Shown here: piece by piece, positions 62,145-64,000 of the stretch
How positions within the stretch are numbered: the stretch's first letter is position 1
How the letters are laid out: the number at the start of each line of letters is the position of its first letter
Assembly (NCBI RefSeq): GCF_964204645.1
Contig: NC_134032.1
Coordinates: forward strand, 12,512,275-12,576,274
From: Tubulanus polymorphus
Taxonomy: Eukaryota > Animalia > Nemertea
Length of the DNA: 64,000 nucleotides
Direction of reading: 5' to 3'
Program-made: the position numbers and the translations under genes
The notes under the pieces: model-generated
What the model was told of the DNA's origin: nothing
Database searches by the model: none
The model's input: the letters and a program-made list of their open reading frames with translations, nothing else

Positions 62145-64000
62145 CAGCATGTAACGTAAGCGTATTCTAAGCCACCTTTGCCTTAAGATCTGTTTTTGCT
62201 GACCCTGTTCAGCCTAAATACATTCAGCCTCTATATTGACCGATGTAACGCGTTGAGACCAGACTCACAATCTAAGCCCAAGGCCAGGTTGTGGAACCGG
62301 TCCTACATATTCTCCTGCGTTTAAACTGACGCTGTAAACGGCGCCTCCAGTATCCCAATGAAACAACTTCACTTTCCTGCGTCTTGTATATATAGTATAG
62401 TTCAGCCTGAAAAATATGACTTTGATAAGTTAAACACAACAGAAACCTTACAAGACTCCAGTATCAGACTCGTATCATTTCATCTTTCATCTTTCTAAAG
62501 GTCGTGTTGAAGGTGCGCACGTGTTTGTCAACACAAACGATCGGAAAAATTTGATTCTCATATTGTGCGGTCGAAAAATATTTACCATACTTTTTTCATA
62601 ATCAAACTTAAGACAACGCCGCCGGGGAAACCTTAGAGTTCTTTACCCAAACTTACTTGGTTTCAACGCAAACTGGTTACATAACGGATATGTTTCCCAA
62701 AAAAAAAGATAATTTTGGAGTCGAGAACGAGAAAGATATAATCCTACTGAATCTTTGAAATCATCGAAAATGAAGTTTTCGCGAGTAACTTATCAACTTA
62801 TCATCATCTTATTGAATCCTTGAGTTCAAAGAGAATGAGAAGATCGTTATTAGTAACTAATCATAATTTTATTGAATACTTGAAATCATTGAAAATGAGA
62901 AGATCTTTATTATAAGTAACTAATTATAATTTTGTTGAAACTTTGGAGTCATCGAGAATGAGAAATTGAATAACCTAACAAATTGTACCTCTATGACTGT
63001 ACCTACCTACCTATATCATACAGTGTCTACCAGTGAGCTGAACGCAAATCCAGGGCGTGTCAGTATTCCCGGCGAAGATCTCAAATTCCAATGCGGTTTT
63101 GGATAGAAAATCTTCTCTTTCAATAATATAAAACGCCACGTATGTAAATATAGTTAATTTACATAATGTTGTTAATATACTAAAATCCAGCGAGAAGAAC
63201 TCGCTCCTGCTGCCGACAACCAAAAACATTGACCTGCGAAAAATTCACATATCGTTTCGTAAGGATAGATAGCTTCTACCTTTTGAACGCGAGAATCGAG
63301 AGCCCGATTTCAACTTTGTTTCACCCCGTCATCGATCGACGCGACCTTGAACGCCAGTTGGCATATTCCCCTACACGCGGTTTTTTGTTTTCCTCCCGCC
63401 TCGTAACGATAAGTAGTTTTTTCAAAGCTTTTCTGCGCGGAAATTCCGACATTCCGGCATATAGCGCGTCCCCCTCCGTGAAAGGATCTCGTCGAGAACC
63501 AGTTTTCAGTCTTCGCGAGGCCAACGCCCACAAATGACAACAGTTCAACCGTCCGCGAGCTATTTTACATGCGAAAGTTATATAGGCCGATCGATATGCA
63601 AATTCGACTTTTGAAATTTGAATACGGCGAAAAGTTAGTTGCTCCACGATGAAGTAGTTCATTTTTAACTACCCGAAGCTTAAGAGTTTTAACCTATAAC
63701 TTTTGAAACTGGCCTGAAATATACGACATCAAAGTTTGACACATCGCAATCGTATCTCTCGTTAAATTTGGTTATTTTCAATCTAAATTCAATATCTACA
63801 AATATTATTGAAAGTAAGTTGAAGTATTGTAACTGTATTTATTGAAAGTAAGTCAAAGTCTATCGTGCAATCGACGATTTCTGAAGTTAAATTAAGCTGT
63901 CGTTTTAGAATAAAATCAATTGTTTTCAAATTTCTTAAGAGATATACATGTACATCAACAAAAATCCTCTTTTCAATAAGAATTAAAGTCCAATTCAATA

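Overview
Intron-rich, AT-rich animal (invertebrate) genomic DNA, not prokaryotic; a lophotrochozoan-like source is my inference only. Reading splice sites and phases by hand gives four multi-exon host genes. (1) ADAM17/TACE, minus strand, 20 exons, 6124-14306. (2) SPAG1, plus strand, 21 coding exons, 24314-40327. (3) A secreted Argos/giant-lens-like cysteine-rich protein, minus strand, 4 exons, 43104-46645. (4) A big brain-type aquaporin, minus strand, 5 exons, 48577-58362, with NPV instead of the second NPA and a GC-AG intron. Two tandem intronless rhodopsin-class GPCRs are nested antisense in one SPAG1 intron. Accessory DNA includes a degenerate LINE, a decayed partial duplicate of the ADAM17 catalytic exons, two minimal hammerhead ribozymes of the Penelope-associated type, and a deleted DNA transposon carrying Ulp1-protease and PHD exons next to a 68-bp satellite. 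It also holds many MITEs and dispersed minisatellites built around CTCF-consensus motifs. No database search was run; all family calls rest on recognised motifs.
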